Shown one piece after another: positions 9,921 to 18,325 of a stretch of 64,000 bases of DNA. The DNA is from a virus. Lineage: Duplodnaviria > Caudoviricetes. The notes under the pieces were generated by a model, which was not told where the DNA came from, searched no databases, and was given only the letters and a program-made list of their open reading frames with translations. The position numbers were made by a program, and so were the translations under genes. How positions within the stretch are numbered: position 1 is the stretch's first letter; every line of letters starts with the position of its first letter. The DNA is taken from the IMG/VR virus record IMGVR_UViG_3300021256_000056, positions 32,001-96,000 of that record. One strand, 5' to 3'.

Positions 9921-10052
9921 TTACCTGCCCTGACCTCTATATGCTTTTACATAATGTTTTGAATTCTTCAATTTTGAAGTTCTGCATTTTGATACAATGC
10001 CTGGGCGCTTCTTGTGAAGCCTTTGGGTTGCCGATGTTGCTCTGTTTGCCAT
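9921..10052 (-). CDS. 43-aa basic peptide ending YRGQGR
   Basis: MANRATSATQRLHKKRPGIVSKCRTSKLKNSKHYVKAYRGQGR; TAnnTTTG promoter at ~10067-10075. Confidence 0.7.
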   Translation of the reverse strand: MANRATSATQRLHKKRPGIVSKCRTSKLKNSKHYVKAYRGQGR

Positions 10053-10101
10053 TTTCTTAATTTTTCACAAATATACATTTATTTTTTATAAAAATCAATA
10101 G

Positions 10102-10216
10102 TCGGGGAAGAAGGAATCGAACCTCCGCTAACGGCACCCAAAGCAATTTGACGCTGCTGTTAGTTTTCAATACTGAAAACATTTAAAACGTCGTGCTACC
10201 ACTACACTATTCCCCA
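10102..10216 (-). tRNA. tRNA-Pro(UGG) with 44-nt ACAGCA-module insert at 29/30 (10145-10188)
   Basis: Removing the insert gives acggc-tttgggt-gccgt; G72/A73 Pro identity. Confidence 0.8.
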
Positions 10217-10223
10217 AAATTTG

Positions 10224-10340
10224 TGAGGAGGATGGGACTCGGACCCATGACCCACGGGTTAAAAGCCAAGGTGAGGTTGCTGTTAGTTTTCAGTACAGAA
10301 AACGTTTTATACGTTGCTCTACCAACTGAGCTACCTCCTC
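10224..10340 (-). tRNA. tRNA-Lys(UUU) with 44-nt ACAGCAA-module insert at 29/30 (10268-10311)
   Basis: Removing the insert gives acggg-cttttaa-cccgt. Confidence 0.82.
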
Positions 10341-10346
10341 AAAATT

Positions 10347-10393
10347 GCGACGATAGGAGGAGTCGAACCTCCAATCATGCCAAATCTATCGTC
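10347..10393 (-). ncRNA. tRNA minihelix-like RNA (acceptor plus T arm only)
   Basis: gacgata...ggagg-ttcgact-cctcc-tatcgtc-g. Confidence 0.6.
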
Positions 10394-10428
10394 AACCGTC
10401 AACTTAAGACAACGTGTTACCACGTTTG

Positions 10429-10511
10429 TGGCCCCTGTGGGACTCGAACCCACACCCCATTGCTGGGAGTAGATTTTGAGTCTACCGCGTATACCATTCC
10501 GCCAAGGGGCC
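10429..10511 (-). tRNA. tRNA-Leu(CAA)
   Basis: Cloverleaf with long V arm, loop ctcaaaa. Confidence 0.92.
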
Positions 10512-10615
10512 ATAAATAAAGAAGCCAGGCAACACTGCGACATTTTCAGAGTTTTTGTGACCACTTTGCTGGTACCCTACTTAAGTGGTTGCCCTACCAA
10601 CCTCGGGCTTCTTAG

Positions 10616-10689
10616 TACCCCCTGTAGGATTCGAACCTACGACCCGCAGATTAGAAATCTGCTGCTCTGTCCAACTGAGCTAAGAGGGC
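10616..10689 (-). tRNA. tRNA-Arg(UCU)
   Basis: Cloverleaf, loop tttctaa. Confidence 0.92.
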
Positions 10690-10694
10690 TTTTG

Positions 10695-10769
10695 TGCTCC
10701 TAGAAGGACTCAAACCTTCAACCTTATCCTTAGGACGGATTTGCGCTGATTCAATTGCGCCATAGGAGC
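10695..10769 (-). tRNA. tRNA-Arg(CCU)
   Basis: Cloverleaf, loop gtcctaa. Confidence 0.85.
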
Positions 10770-10778
10770 ATTTGTTGC

Positions 10779-10881
10779 GGCAGTAAACCGAATCGAACGG
10801 CTATCAACCACCGACGGTGGTCATTCTTCGTGCGGGTTTCATTTAATTGCAGCTGCACAATACCCATTAAACTATACTGCC
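10779..10881 (-). ncRNA. aberrant tRNA-like RNA with expanded D region
   Basis: ggcagta/tactgcc acceptor, T arm ccgttcgattcgg, extra hairpin in D loop, non-canonical anticodon arm. Confidence 0.55.
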
Positions 10882-10886
10882 ATTTG

Positions 10887-11010
10887 TTGCGGGTGAGGGA
10901 GTCGAACCCCCGTCTTTTCGTTATGGGTGAAATTACGATGTAAGTTGCCGCAAGATTTCCATGCGAAAACCTTTTTTGCTTTTACATGCTAACCATTGCA
11001 CTAACCCGCA
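10887..11010 (-). tRNA. tRNA-fMet(CAU)-like with variant module insert (GCGGCAA)
   Basis: tgcgggt acceptor, cccataa loop, insert ggttttc-gcat-ggaaatctt-gcggcaa. Confidence 0.65.
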
Positions 11011-11018
11011 ATATTGTG

Positions 11019-11421
11019 TGGAGATGGGCGGACTCGAACCGCCGTTTTTCAAGCTTGCAAACTGCTTTCTACGCGCTTAGTTTTCTTTATGATTCGTTGG
11101 GCACTGGTGGAAAACACACCTGAGTACTCAATATATCATTCTGGAAACGTAGCCAAACCAGACGAATGAAACTGGCCTGCCGCTCTCGATTTGATGATGC
11201 CCTCATATTGTGAATTCAACCAAGACCAAACATTCACGAGGACAATCGTCCCGACACATCCTAGGTGCCGATGGATTAGGCTTATTTGCTTAGCAAATTA
11301 AGCGGCGATTGCATAGGTGTTGTTGCCAACTAATTTTTTTGATATTTGTTTAAAGGCTAAAAATCAAAACGCCTGCGTGCTTACAATCCTCATAGATTGA
11401 AATCAAAACCAAAACATCCCC
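11019..11421 (-). ncRNA. ssrA: tmRNA, tag GNNTYAIAA
   Basis: 5' ggggatg, 3' ggcggttcgagtccgcccatctcca, internal ggcaacaacacctatgcaatcgccgcttaa. Confidence 0.93.
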
Positions 11422-11430
11422 ATGTTTTTG

Positions 11431-11503
11431 TACCCGATACAGGACTCAAACCCATACTCTGGGAGCCGTATTCCCAAGTTCTATTCAGTTAAACTAATCG
11501 GGC
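11431..11503 (-). tRNA. tRNA-Arg(ACG)
   Basis: Cloverleaf, loop atacggc. Confidence 0.8.
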
Positions 11504-11643
11504 TTTTTATTTTATTTTCATTTTCTCTATATTCCTTTTTTCTATATCTTCTTACCGAAGAATCATTCCTGCTTCCAAAATTTTCTGTCATTGCATGGCA
11601 ATTTGGACATAAAACTTCTATGTTTTCTTCTGTTACATTTGTT
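11481..11643 (-). pseudogene. HNH endonuclease remnant
   Basis: VTEENIEVLCPNCHAMTENFGSRN C-terminus only; upstream ATG out of frame. Confidence 0.8.
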
Positions 11644-11676
11644 TATTAATAAATAATTAGATAAGAAAGATTTGAG

Positions 11677-11750
11677 AGCCCTCAGTCGGAGTCGAACCAA
11701 CACTTCATCCATACCACAGATGCGTACTCAGCCTTTAATACGATGAGGGC
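11677..11750 (-). tRNA. tRNA-Thr(GGU)
   Basis: Cloverleaf, loop gtggtat. Confidence 0.85.
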
Positions 11751-11855
11751 AAATCGCCAGGTGAAGCTAACCTGGCCCCCGTGAACTACCAGCCAGCCCT
11801 GCACCACGGGTGTTGATATGAGTACTGGTTGCATATCAACTTACAAGCTTACTTG

Positions 11856-11930
11856 TGCTCCCGATGGGACTCGAACCCATAACCCACTGTTTAAGAGACA
11901 GTTGCGCTCAACCAATTGCGCCACGAGAGC
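11856..11930 (-). tRNA. tRNA-Lys(CUU)
   Basis: Cloverleaf, loop ctcttaa. Confidence 0.9.
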
Positions 11931-11940
11931 AGTTATTATG

Positions 11941-12012
11941 TAGCGGATAGGAGAGTCGAACTCCTCTCTCAAGATTGAGAATCTTACGTCCTAACCGATA
12001 GACTAATCCGCC
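11941..12012 (-). tRNA. tRNA-Glu(CUC)
   Basis: Cloverleaf, loop ttctcaa. Confidence 0.88.
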
Positions 12013-12213
12013 ATTATCATATTACACAATGTTACATGTTTTATAAAAAATAAAGCATTGCGGATTTCCGTAGTCACCGCAATCGTTCTCCTCCTGCTAC
12101 CGTATACGACAGGCTAAGGCGAACTATAAGAACTTACCTATATTCGAACCTTTTCCTCTTAATCCACTTTATAAGAGTATGCTATAGGGTTCCCCACCTT
12201 GGTACTTTGATTT

Positions 12214-12372
12214 GTCGCGCATCTTGGAATCGAACCAAGTTCCTCTGGGGTTAGCAGCCCAGCGAGTTTTGTGTCTCCGCAGACTTGCAATCTACAATTA
12301 AGCGTCGTTGCAACTCAACTTAATCTGAATGTAGTATCCGCTTCTGTGCGTCTCCAACACTCTCATACGCGG
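12214..12372 (-). ncRNA. tRNA-like RNA with GCU anticodon arm and large insertion 5' of it
   Basis: cgcgta/tgcgcg acceptor, ctggg-ctgctaa-cccca, T arm cttggttcgattccaag. Confidence 0.55.
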
Positions 12373-12505
12373 ACAAGGCAGCGTGTATGCATCACCTTCT
12401 GACCTTGTAGAACGGACTTATATACATACCGTAACATTTTCGTAGTATGTAATTTCATCTGTTTTGTGTCTCCGACGAGGCTCGAACTCGTGACCCCCAC
12501 ATTAA

Positions 12506-13341
12506 CCTACCCAATATAGTTGCCTATACCATCTTACGATGTTTGAGTTTGGACCATTTCTTATCCATGCCACTTCGTGGTTTAGGTGGTGGTGTATGGC
12601 CTCTACACATTTATGCAAAAAAGCAATTTAGCCCGACGTTTTCCCAGGGGGATGTTCGTCGAATTAGCCACCATTCACGACAAGGGTTTCCCCTCGTGTG
12701 CTCCTTTCTTAGATTCACGTAAACATGAAATGCATAACCCGCTTTTAGTTTCCCTATGAAGCGGTTTTCCACATTTTTTGCACACGTGTTTGTACGTGTG
12801 GGTGTGTGTGGTTGTTTTAACCCCCTTCATATTTTTCTTTCCAGCGTAACTATCTGTTTGTGAATGGCAATTAGGACACAAAATCACTAGATTGTCGAGT
12901 TCATTATTAAAATGGTCTCCATCTTTATGATGAACTTGCAACGTTATGCTTTTACCATGCCACTCAGAAATTCCGCATTCTGGATTTTCGCACTTATATT
13001 CTTTCAGCCCCAATGAAATTAGTTTTTTCATTAATTCCGAAGATTTTATAAGTTTGTCTTTAACAAAAAAATCCTCTTTGTCTAGACCGTTGTGATTTTT
13101 ATTTCCGATGTTCGATTTTTGTCCAGTGAAATGTGAGGTATCTAGGTCGTATTCTTTCACGTATTTGTAAAACGTTCTATAATTACCACCAACAGGTTTC
13201 CATCCCACAGCACGACAAAAATCAGCAACACTAAAAACACGTTTACATATCTCTATTGCCTCTTCTTTACCAATTACATTTTTTGTCATAATAACACTTT
13301 TATAATAAATAGTGTTTAATTGGTAAAAGTAAGAAGATTTG
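12506..13341 (-). mobile_element. group I intron (IC3-like) with HNH ORF, inserted after U34
   Basis: 5' exon ends U, intron ends G; P/Q/R/S-like aattcgacgaa, cgtcgggctaaat, gtgtagaggc, aagaaatggtcc. Confidence 0.88.
12675..13289 (-). CDS. intron-encoded HNH homing endonuclease
   Basis: LQVHHKDGDHFNNELDNLVILCPNCHSQT. Confidence 0.9.
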   Translation of the reverse strand: MTKNVIGKEEAIEICKRVFSVADFCRAVGWKPVGGNYRTFYKYVKEYDLDTSHFTGQKSNIGNKNHNGLDKEDFFVKDKLIKSSELMKKLISLGLKEYKCENPECGISEWHGKSITLQVHHKDGDHFNNELDNLVILCPNCHSQTDSYAGKKNMKGVKTTTHTHTYKHVCKKCGKPLHRETKSGLCISCLRESKKGAHEGKPLS

Positions 13342-13399
13342 AAGTGTGGTGCTCTACCAACTGAGCTACGGAGACTTTCCTTAAATTACCATAAAATTG

Positions 13400-13475
13400 T
13401 TGCGCAGGACGGGCTCGAACCGACGACTTCCAGGATATGAATCTGGTGCTCTACAACCAACTGAGCTACTGCGCA
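13400..13475 (-). tRNA. tRNA-Met(CAU)
   Basis: Cloverleaf, loop ttcatat. Confidence 0.85.
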
Positions 13476-13483
13476 ATATTTTG

Positions 13484-13556
13484 CGGAGACGGGCGGAGTC
13501 GAACCACCGACGCGGGGCTCTTCAGGCCCCCGCTCTACCAACTGAGCTACGTCTCC
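13484..13556 (-). tRNA. tRNA-Phe(GAA)
   Basis: Cloverleaf, loop ctgaaga. Confidence 0.92.
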
Positions 13557-13561
13557 AAAAA

Positions 13562-13661
13562 AAAGGTAAAATCTTCGAAGATTGCTGCAGCGGAAGTCCC
13601 CGAGTCGAACGGTGGTTACCTGGTGCCCCTTGCATACAATACTGCAACAAATTTTACCTTT
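13562..13661 (-). ncRNA. structured RNA candidate with T-loop
   Basis: aaggtaaaat/attttacctt and ttgttgcag/ctgcagcaa stems enclosing ccgttcgactcgg. Confidence 0.5.
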
Positions 13662-13662
13662 G

Positions 13663-13738
13663 TGGGTGTCCTGAGACTCGAACTCAGAAACCTCTTGTGT
13701 ATCAGACAAGTGCTCTCAACCAATTGAGCTAGGCACCC
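13663..13738 (-). tRNA. tRNA-Ile(GAU)
   Basis: Cloverleaf, loop ctgatac. Confidence 0.9.
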
Positions 13739-13748
13739 AGAAATTTTG

Positions 13749-14466
13749 TGGGACAGGAGGGACTCGAACCCTCACCCTCCTTAGAGGACTGGTTCCTCGT
13801 ACCACTATGGCTTTCGCCACCAAAACAACTTCGAACTTGCGGGTTGGATTTTCAAGGCTTGTACACCCCCAGGTTGTCTTGTTTGTGGTCTGGACTGTAT
13901 CTTAACCATATTGAAATCTAGCTAGTAAACATCCTTATACTTATAGTCTCGTAGTTTAATGTGGGTCACGCGACCACCCCTAGCTCATATAAGCATGTTA
14001 TTTCAACTTAGGCTCCTCCTGTATCTCGTCTCTACACACTGTCTATTATTCTATATCTGCGGTCCCTTGTTCTCAGGCTATATTCATTACTGAAGTATAG
14101 TCTTGCAGTATAGATTTTAACATTGGCTCGGCATTAGCATATTATTCCTATTGGGGTTTTACAAGTTTCGCTTATAGTTTTATTCCGATATTCACGGTGT
14201 CCCACAAAACCAATATTTGAATAACTTAGCTTTCACCGAATTAGGAAGGTTCTACATAACGGGTTTCCCCGCGTCCACAGGCTACTCTCCCGTTTGGGAT
14301 TGTTTACCTTATCTATCACGCTTCGCAGCGTCCTGTGGTATGCACTCAAGTTAAACGGGCGCCTATCCGCATACAGAGTGTCTCAGTCTGTAATCTCCAA
14401 GTATAGGTTATCAGTATAAGCCCGTTGTTCATAAGACCAGCGCGTCTACCATTCCGCCACTGTCCC
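13749..14466 (-). tRNA. tRNA-Leu(UAG) split by group I intron
   Basis: Exons 14433-14466 and 13749-13797 join to ctggt-cttagga-accag. Confidence 0.9.
13798..14432 (-). mobile_element. group I intron after U34, no ORF
   Basis: U at 5' splice site, terminal G; core segments shared with introns at 26726 and 27550. Confidence 0.88.
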
Positions 14467-14605
14467 AAAATTAGATAAGGGTGTATAATGCTGCCCTTGC
14501 TATATTGTGTGGCAACCCTTAAATGAGATTTTCCAAATACCTTTGTCTGCCATATTCTCAGGTGCTCATTACTGTAGCATTGATTATGTATATGAAGGTT
14601 ACCAC

Positions 14606-14691
14606 TGGTGCGGCAGGTGAGACTCGAACTCACACGGGATTGCTCCCACCACCCCCTCAAAGTGGCGCGTCTACCATTCCGCCACTGCCGC
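14606..14691 (-). tRNA. tRNA-Leu(GAG)
   Basis: Cloverleaf, loop ttgaggg, encoded CCA. Confidence 0.9.
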
Positions 14692-14857
14692 ATAAATATA
14701 TTGTTTTTAAATGGCCCTGGAATCTGTATTGACCACTAAGGGGGTAATCCTCCATCTACAGAATCTGTACCATCAGGTTTATCCCATTGGTTCCCTAAGA
14801 CCCATTCTTTTTCTCGGTGCGTGGTGACACCTCAAACCGTGAATATATACCTAGTTG

Positions 14858-14930
14858 TGGAGGATACGAGACTCGGACTCGTGACCCCCTGCTTGCAAAG
14901 CAGGTGCTCTACCGACTGAGCTAATCCCCC
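14858..14930 (-). tRNA. tRNA-Ala(UGC)
   Basis: Cloverleaf, G3-U70, loop tttgcaa; T-loop GTCCGA. Confidence 0.9.
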
Positions 14931-15242
14931 TTCATGGTCCTCTTTTAATCGCTATTCATTTAGGGAGCAGGAAGGACCAGTCCTATGACGTGTTAGCCTC
15001 AAACGCCATTCTAAGAGGTTCCTCAAAAATGCACTGCAGTATATGGTGTCCACCATTGCCCCTAATCGCCACCGCTTTCGGAGGGGTTTTGATACCATAG
15101 CATCATCGGAGAAATAAACGGGTTACTTAGTTATCGCTTGGCGCATAGACGCCTCAAACTTGCCTGTTGGCCACCCTTCGTGAGGTACAGAATAACTTAC
15201 TGTTTCTATGCCTTCAGTTACTGCCTCACCCTCACCCGTTCG

Positions 15243-15314
15243 TAGCGGATAGGAGAGTCGGACTCCTCTCTCAAGAATGAAAATCTTGCGTCCTAACCGA
15301 TAGACTAATCCGCC
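15243..15314 (-). tRNA. tRNA-Glu(UUC)
   Basis: Near copy of Glu(CUC) at 11941; loop ttttcat. Confidence 0.88.
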
Positions 15315-15453
15315 ATAAATTAAGAGCATAACGGTGTTTCGAACCACCGTTAATTGTTACCAGCGTGCGTTTCCTCTAATACACCAACCGAGTTTATTGT
15401 TTGCTCTGGGACCGTGGCCTTTAGTCCATTATCGAGCCCTCTGGTATCTCTTG

Positions 15454-15520
15454 TGCGTAAACATGGAGTCGAACCACGTTATTTCTAGGATTGCATTGCC
15501 TCTATATGCTATTTTACGCA
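15454..15520 (-). ncRNA. tRNA-like RNA lacking a proper anticodon arm
   Basis: gcgtaaa/tttacgc acceptor, D arm, gtggttcgactccat T arm. Confidence 0.5.
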
Positions 15521-15665
15521 AATAAGAGCATTATGAAGTCTCGAGCCTTCATAAATTGTTACTTAGCGTGCTCGTCCATCTTTACACTATTCCCGTTAAG
15601 AGTCCTTCCTTTTCACGTTGCCTAGAACTTTTCCGAAAAGAGAACTCACCTCTAAGTATCTCTTG

Positions 15666-15748
15666 TGGGCAGGGAGGGATTCGAACCCCCGAAGCCGTGA
15701 GGCAGCAGATTTACAGTCTGCCCGTTTTGACCGCTTACCTACCTACCC
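15666..15748 (-). tRNA. tRNA-Tyr(GUA)
   Basis: Cloverleaf with V arm, loop ctgtaaa. Confidence 0.92.
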
Positions 15749-15880
15749 ATAAAAAAACTTAAGCCACTCGCGTCCCACAGGTCTGTTCTCGCTTTTATTA
15801 AGAGGTGCACACGAGATTACTCTCCCTCCTTTAAAGTAAGTCGCCCTCCTAAGCCTTGTCCGCTTAAGTTAAAAAACAAC

Positions 15881-15947
15881 GGGAAACATTTTTACGTATG
15901 TTCAGAAAGAAAGTCGGAATTTTAGTAAATTTTGCTGTTAGTTTCCC
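15881..15947 (-). ncRNA. stand-alone ACAGCAA module with Glu(UUC)-like anticodon stem-loop
   Basis: gggaaac-ta-ACAGCAA...ttccga-ctttctt-tctgaa...gtttccc. Confidence 0.7.
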
Positions 15948-15952
15948 TTTAG

Positions 15953-16074
15953 AGCTGATGCAAGGAATCGAACCTCGGTCTGCGGCTTGGAATGCATTTC
16001 TTGATTTTTGCTGTCCGTAACCTTGTCAGAATACCTTATTTGAAAACGCTGTGCTACCACTACACCACATCAGC
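15953..16074 (-). tRNA. tRNA-Gly(UCC) with 51-nt ACAGCAA-module insert at 29/30 (15996-16046)
   Basis: Removing the insert gives gcggc-attccaa-gccgc. Confidence 0.8.
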
Positions 16075-16254
16075 TTATATTAAAATCTCCTGTTTGCCTC
16101 GGGTGGACGCGTCGGGCTGAATCCGCCCATCACCCTTAACACCTCGCCATTATGCTATGGCTTTATTCCATACTGCATAAAGGTTTTCCTACCACGTGGG
16201 TCACATAATGTCAACCTGATTGTTGGTTATGTAGCTCCCTCAGAGATAATAAAT

Positions 16255-16332
16255 TGGCGGTGCGTACGGGATTCGAACCCGTGAACTCCACCGTGACAGG
16301 GTGGCATGATAGACCAGCTTCACCAACGCACC
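16255..16332 (-). tRNA. tRNA-Asp(GUC)
   Basis: Cloverleaf, loop ctgtcac, encoded CCA. Confidence 0.92.
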
Positions 16333-16334
16333 GT

Positions 16335-17150
16335 ATGCTTTTTCGGTTTAACATTAACCGTATTACTGGCGGTTTTGGTATCGCACTTTTCCGCCTTAGT
16401 GCGTCCGAATTTCACGGAAGCCTTACTATCGCGAATAATGTACTTAAGGCTACTACCAAGGTGACTTGTGGAGCAGCCCTTCGCGATTATGATGCCACAA
16501 TGCACTTGGTTTATAATTTAAGGTTACCTAAAGTAGATGTGCCTTGGATTCGCACCTCTCACGGAGACTTTTTACACCAAAACCACTATAGTCAATTTTG
16601 GATATTAAGTTACTCAGCCTTTGACCCGATATACCATTTCACACCACTGCAGCTGGCGGCGATTTTGTACCTGGCCATACTCATTGTCACTTTAGTTTTT
16701 CGCGCTCGGGCTCCCTGCCCGTGTTGGCGTTGCAACCTCTGACTACTCTCACGGTTAAAACTGTGGGGGGTTCTTGGGAGCAAACACAAAGTGCTTTGGG
16801 AAGCATAGCCTATTGGCTTACTTTAACTCCACACAGGGGTAGTCCTCCCCTGTCCCAAATACATGTTTAGCCCTTGGTTTTCAGGCTTGTATTCTCGTTT
16901 TTTCGAGGTAAATTCGCCCCTTTTTGGTACCCAACGCATTGGAGAGTCGAACTCCGCTGCTTGCATATTCGAAAACACGCCCAAGGGGACCCTACTACCG
17001 TTCGGGATTACTGCTAAATTAAGAGCCATAGCATATTCGAATTCCGCTATGTTGTTACCGAATGTGCGAACGTCTCTTGCATTTCACACCGCTGCTAATC
17101 GTACTCCATTGCTATACGCGTAATAGCAACTTAAGGAGCCCTTTCCAGTA
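16335..17150 (-). ncRNA. large structured ncRNA candidate (GOLLD/ROOL-like context)
   Basis: ~800 nt, GC-enriched, hairpin-rich, no credible ORF, between tRNA-Val and tRNA-Asp. Confidence 0.5.
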
Positions 17151-17157
17151 TCTCTTG

Positions 17158-17232
17158 TGGGAGTGGAGGGATTCGAACCCCCGACATCTACCTTGTAAGG
17201 GTAGCGCTCTAAACCAGCTGAGCTACGCTCCC
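17158..17232 (-). tRNA. tRNA-Val(UAC)
   Basis: Cloverleaf, loop cttacaa. Confidence 0.92.
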
Positions 17233-17572
17233 GTTTCTCACCTAAGACTAACGCGCTAATCTGTCATTCGCAATGCACTAGGTGTATAACTTTTTTTATA
17301 CGTGCAGTTCTAACCCCCTTCGTGACCCCTCAGTGCTACTATAGTCGCCCTATATTTGGATTACTGACGATACCCTACACCTACTCATCACGCCATTTAA
17401 CCGTGGCTCTCTCGCATTGTTCCAATCTACGAGAGGCCCCCCCACGGTGAGGCCGTTAGTCGGATTTGACTTGAGCAAGAAGTCTGAATTGAACAGCAAG
17501 TTCCGTCCTTACGTAGCGAACAAGGGACGGACGTCTCCCGAACCTGGGTATCTTGCTAAAAAATGTGTAACC

Positions 17573-17706
17573 AGAAATCAGAAATGTTTTACTCTACCTA
17601 CTGAGCTACATGGGAAGAATACCGTAACTCCCACGGAGGGACTCGAACCCTCGTCCTTAGTTTTACAGACTTACAAACAATTAATGAACTTGCTGTAAGA
17701 TTTCTT
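17573..17706 (-). ncRNA. circularly permuted tRNA(GUA)-like RNA closed by ACAGCAA module
   Basis: Order: module, ctgtaaa loop, T arm, loop-closed acceptor (cgtggga/tcccatg), D arm, module 3' strand. Confidence 0.78.
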
Positions 17707-17732
17707 CACGTTACACGGTGATGGTATTTTTG

Positions 17733-17807
17733 CGGGAAGAGAGGGGCTCGAACCCTCGACCTAAGGATTAACAGTCCTTTGCTACCACCAGCTGAGCTAC
17801 CTTCCCG
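17733..17807 (-). tRNA. tRNA-Asn(GUU)
   Basis: Cloverleaf, loop ctgttaa. Confidence 0.92.
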
Positions 17808-18122
17808 AAATTACAGGCACGTAAACGAAATGCCCTCAGACTTCCCAATGGTTTATAGATTAAAGACCTAAAACCATTATGCGGCTCCTTCACACCTACG
17901 AAAAACAGTCTTTGTCAACTACCACGTGTTATAGTATTGTAGGCAAGTTATTCTAACGTCAAACTGCCATGACGATGGTTGCTATTACGCCACACCAAAA
18001 ATAGCGGGTCTGTTTACTAAACAAGAAATTGACCGCAGGTTGGATTTACACCAACTTACTCCCAGTAAAATCCAGGGCTTCAAATTACAAAAGCCTCGCA
18101 CGGTTGATTCCTTGTAGAAATA

Positions 18123-18236
18123 CGGGAAGCGTTTTACGTCCAACGGACGGGGGCGGACTTGAACCGCCGAACCTCTCAAGTTCTGATTTTCAGTCGGAAT
18201 TGTTAAACCTTTGTTGAGATTGCTGTGTGCTTCCCT
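18123..18236 (-). ncRNA. ACAGCAA module enclosing Phe(GAA) anticodon arm and T arm
   Basis: gggaagc-ac-ACAGCAA...ttccga-ctgaaaa-tcagaa...ggcggttcaagtccgcc...gcttccc. Confidence 0.75.
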
Positions 18237-18240
18237 GTTG

Positions 18241-18325
18241 CAGGCGCTGGAGGATTCGAACCCCCGAGGAATTTAATCCTGCTGGTTTTGGAGACCAGTG
18301 CCTTCGACCGCTCGGCCAAGCGTCT
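18241..18325 (-). tRNA. tRNA-Trp(CCA) with long variable arm
   Basis: ctggt-ctccaaa-accag then caggattaaattcct V arm. Confidence 0.85.

Larger units (their letters stand above)
12467..13375 (-). tRNA. tRNA-Lys(UUU) split by group I intron
   Basis: Exons 13342-13375 and 12467-12505 join to ccaca-cttttaa-tgtgg. Confidence 0.9.

Noticed and set aside
10102-10216. Reading this gene as tRNA-Gln(UUG)
   Set aside because: Stem register after insert removal and G72/A73 give Pro(UGG)
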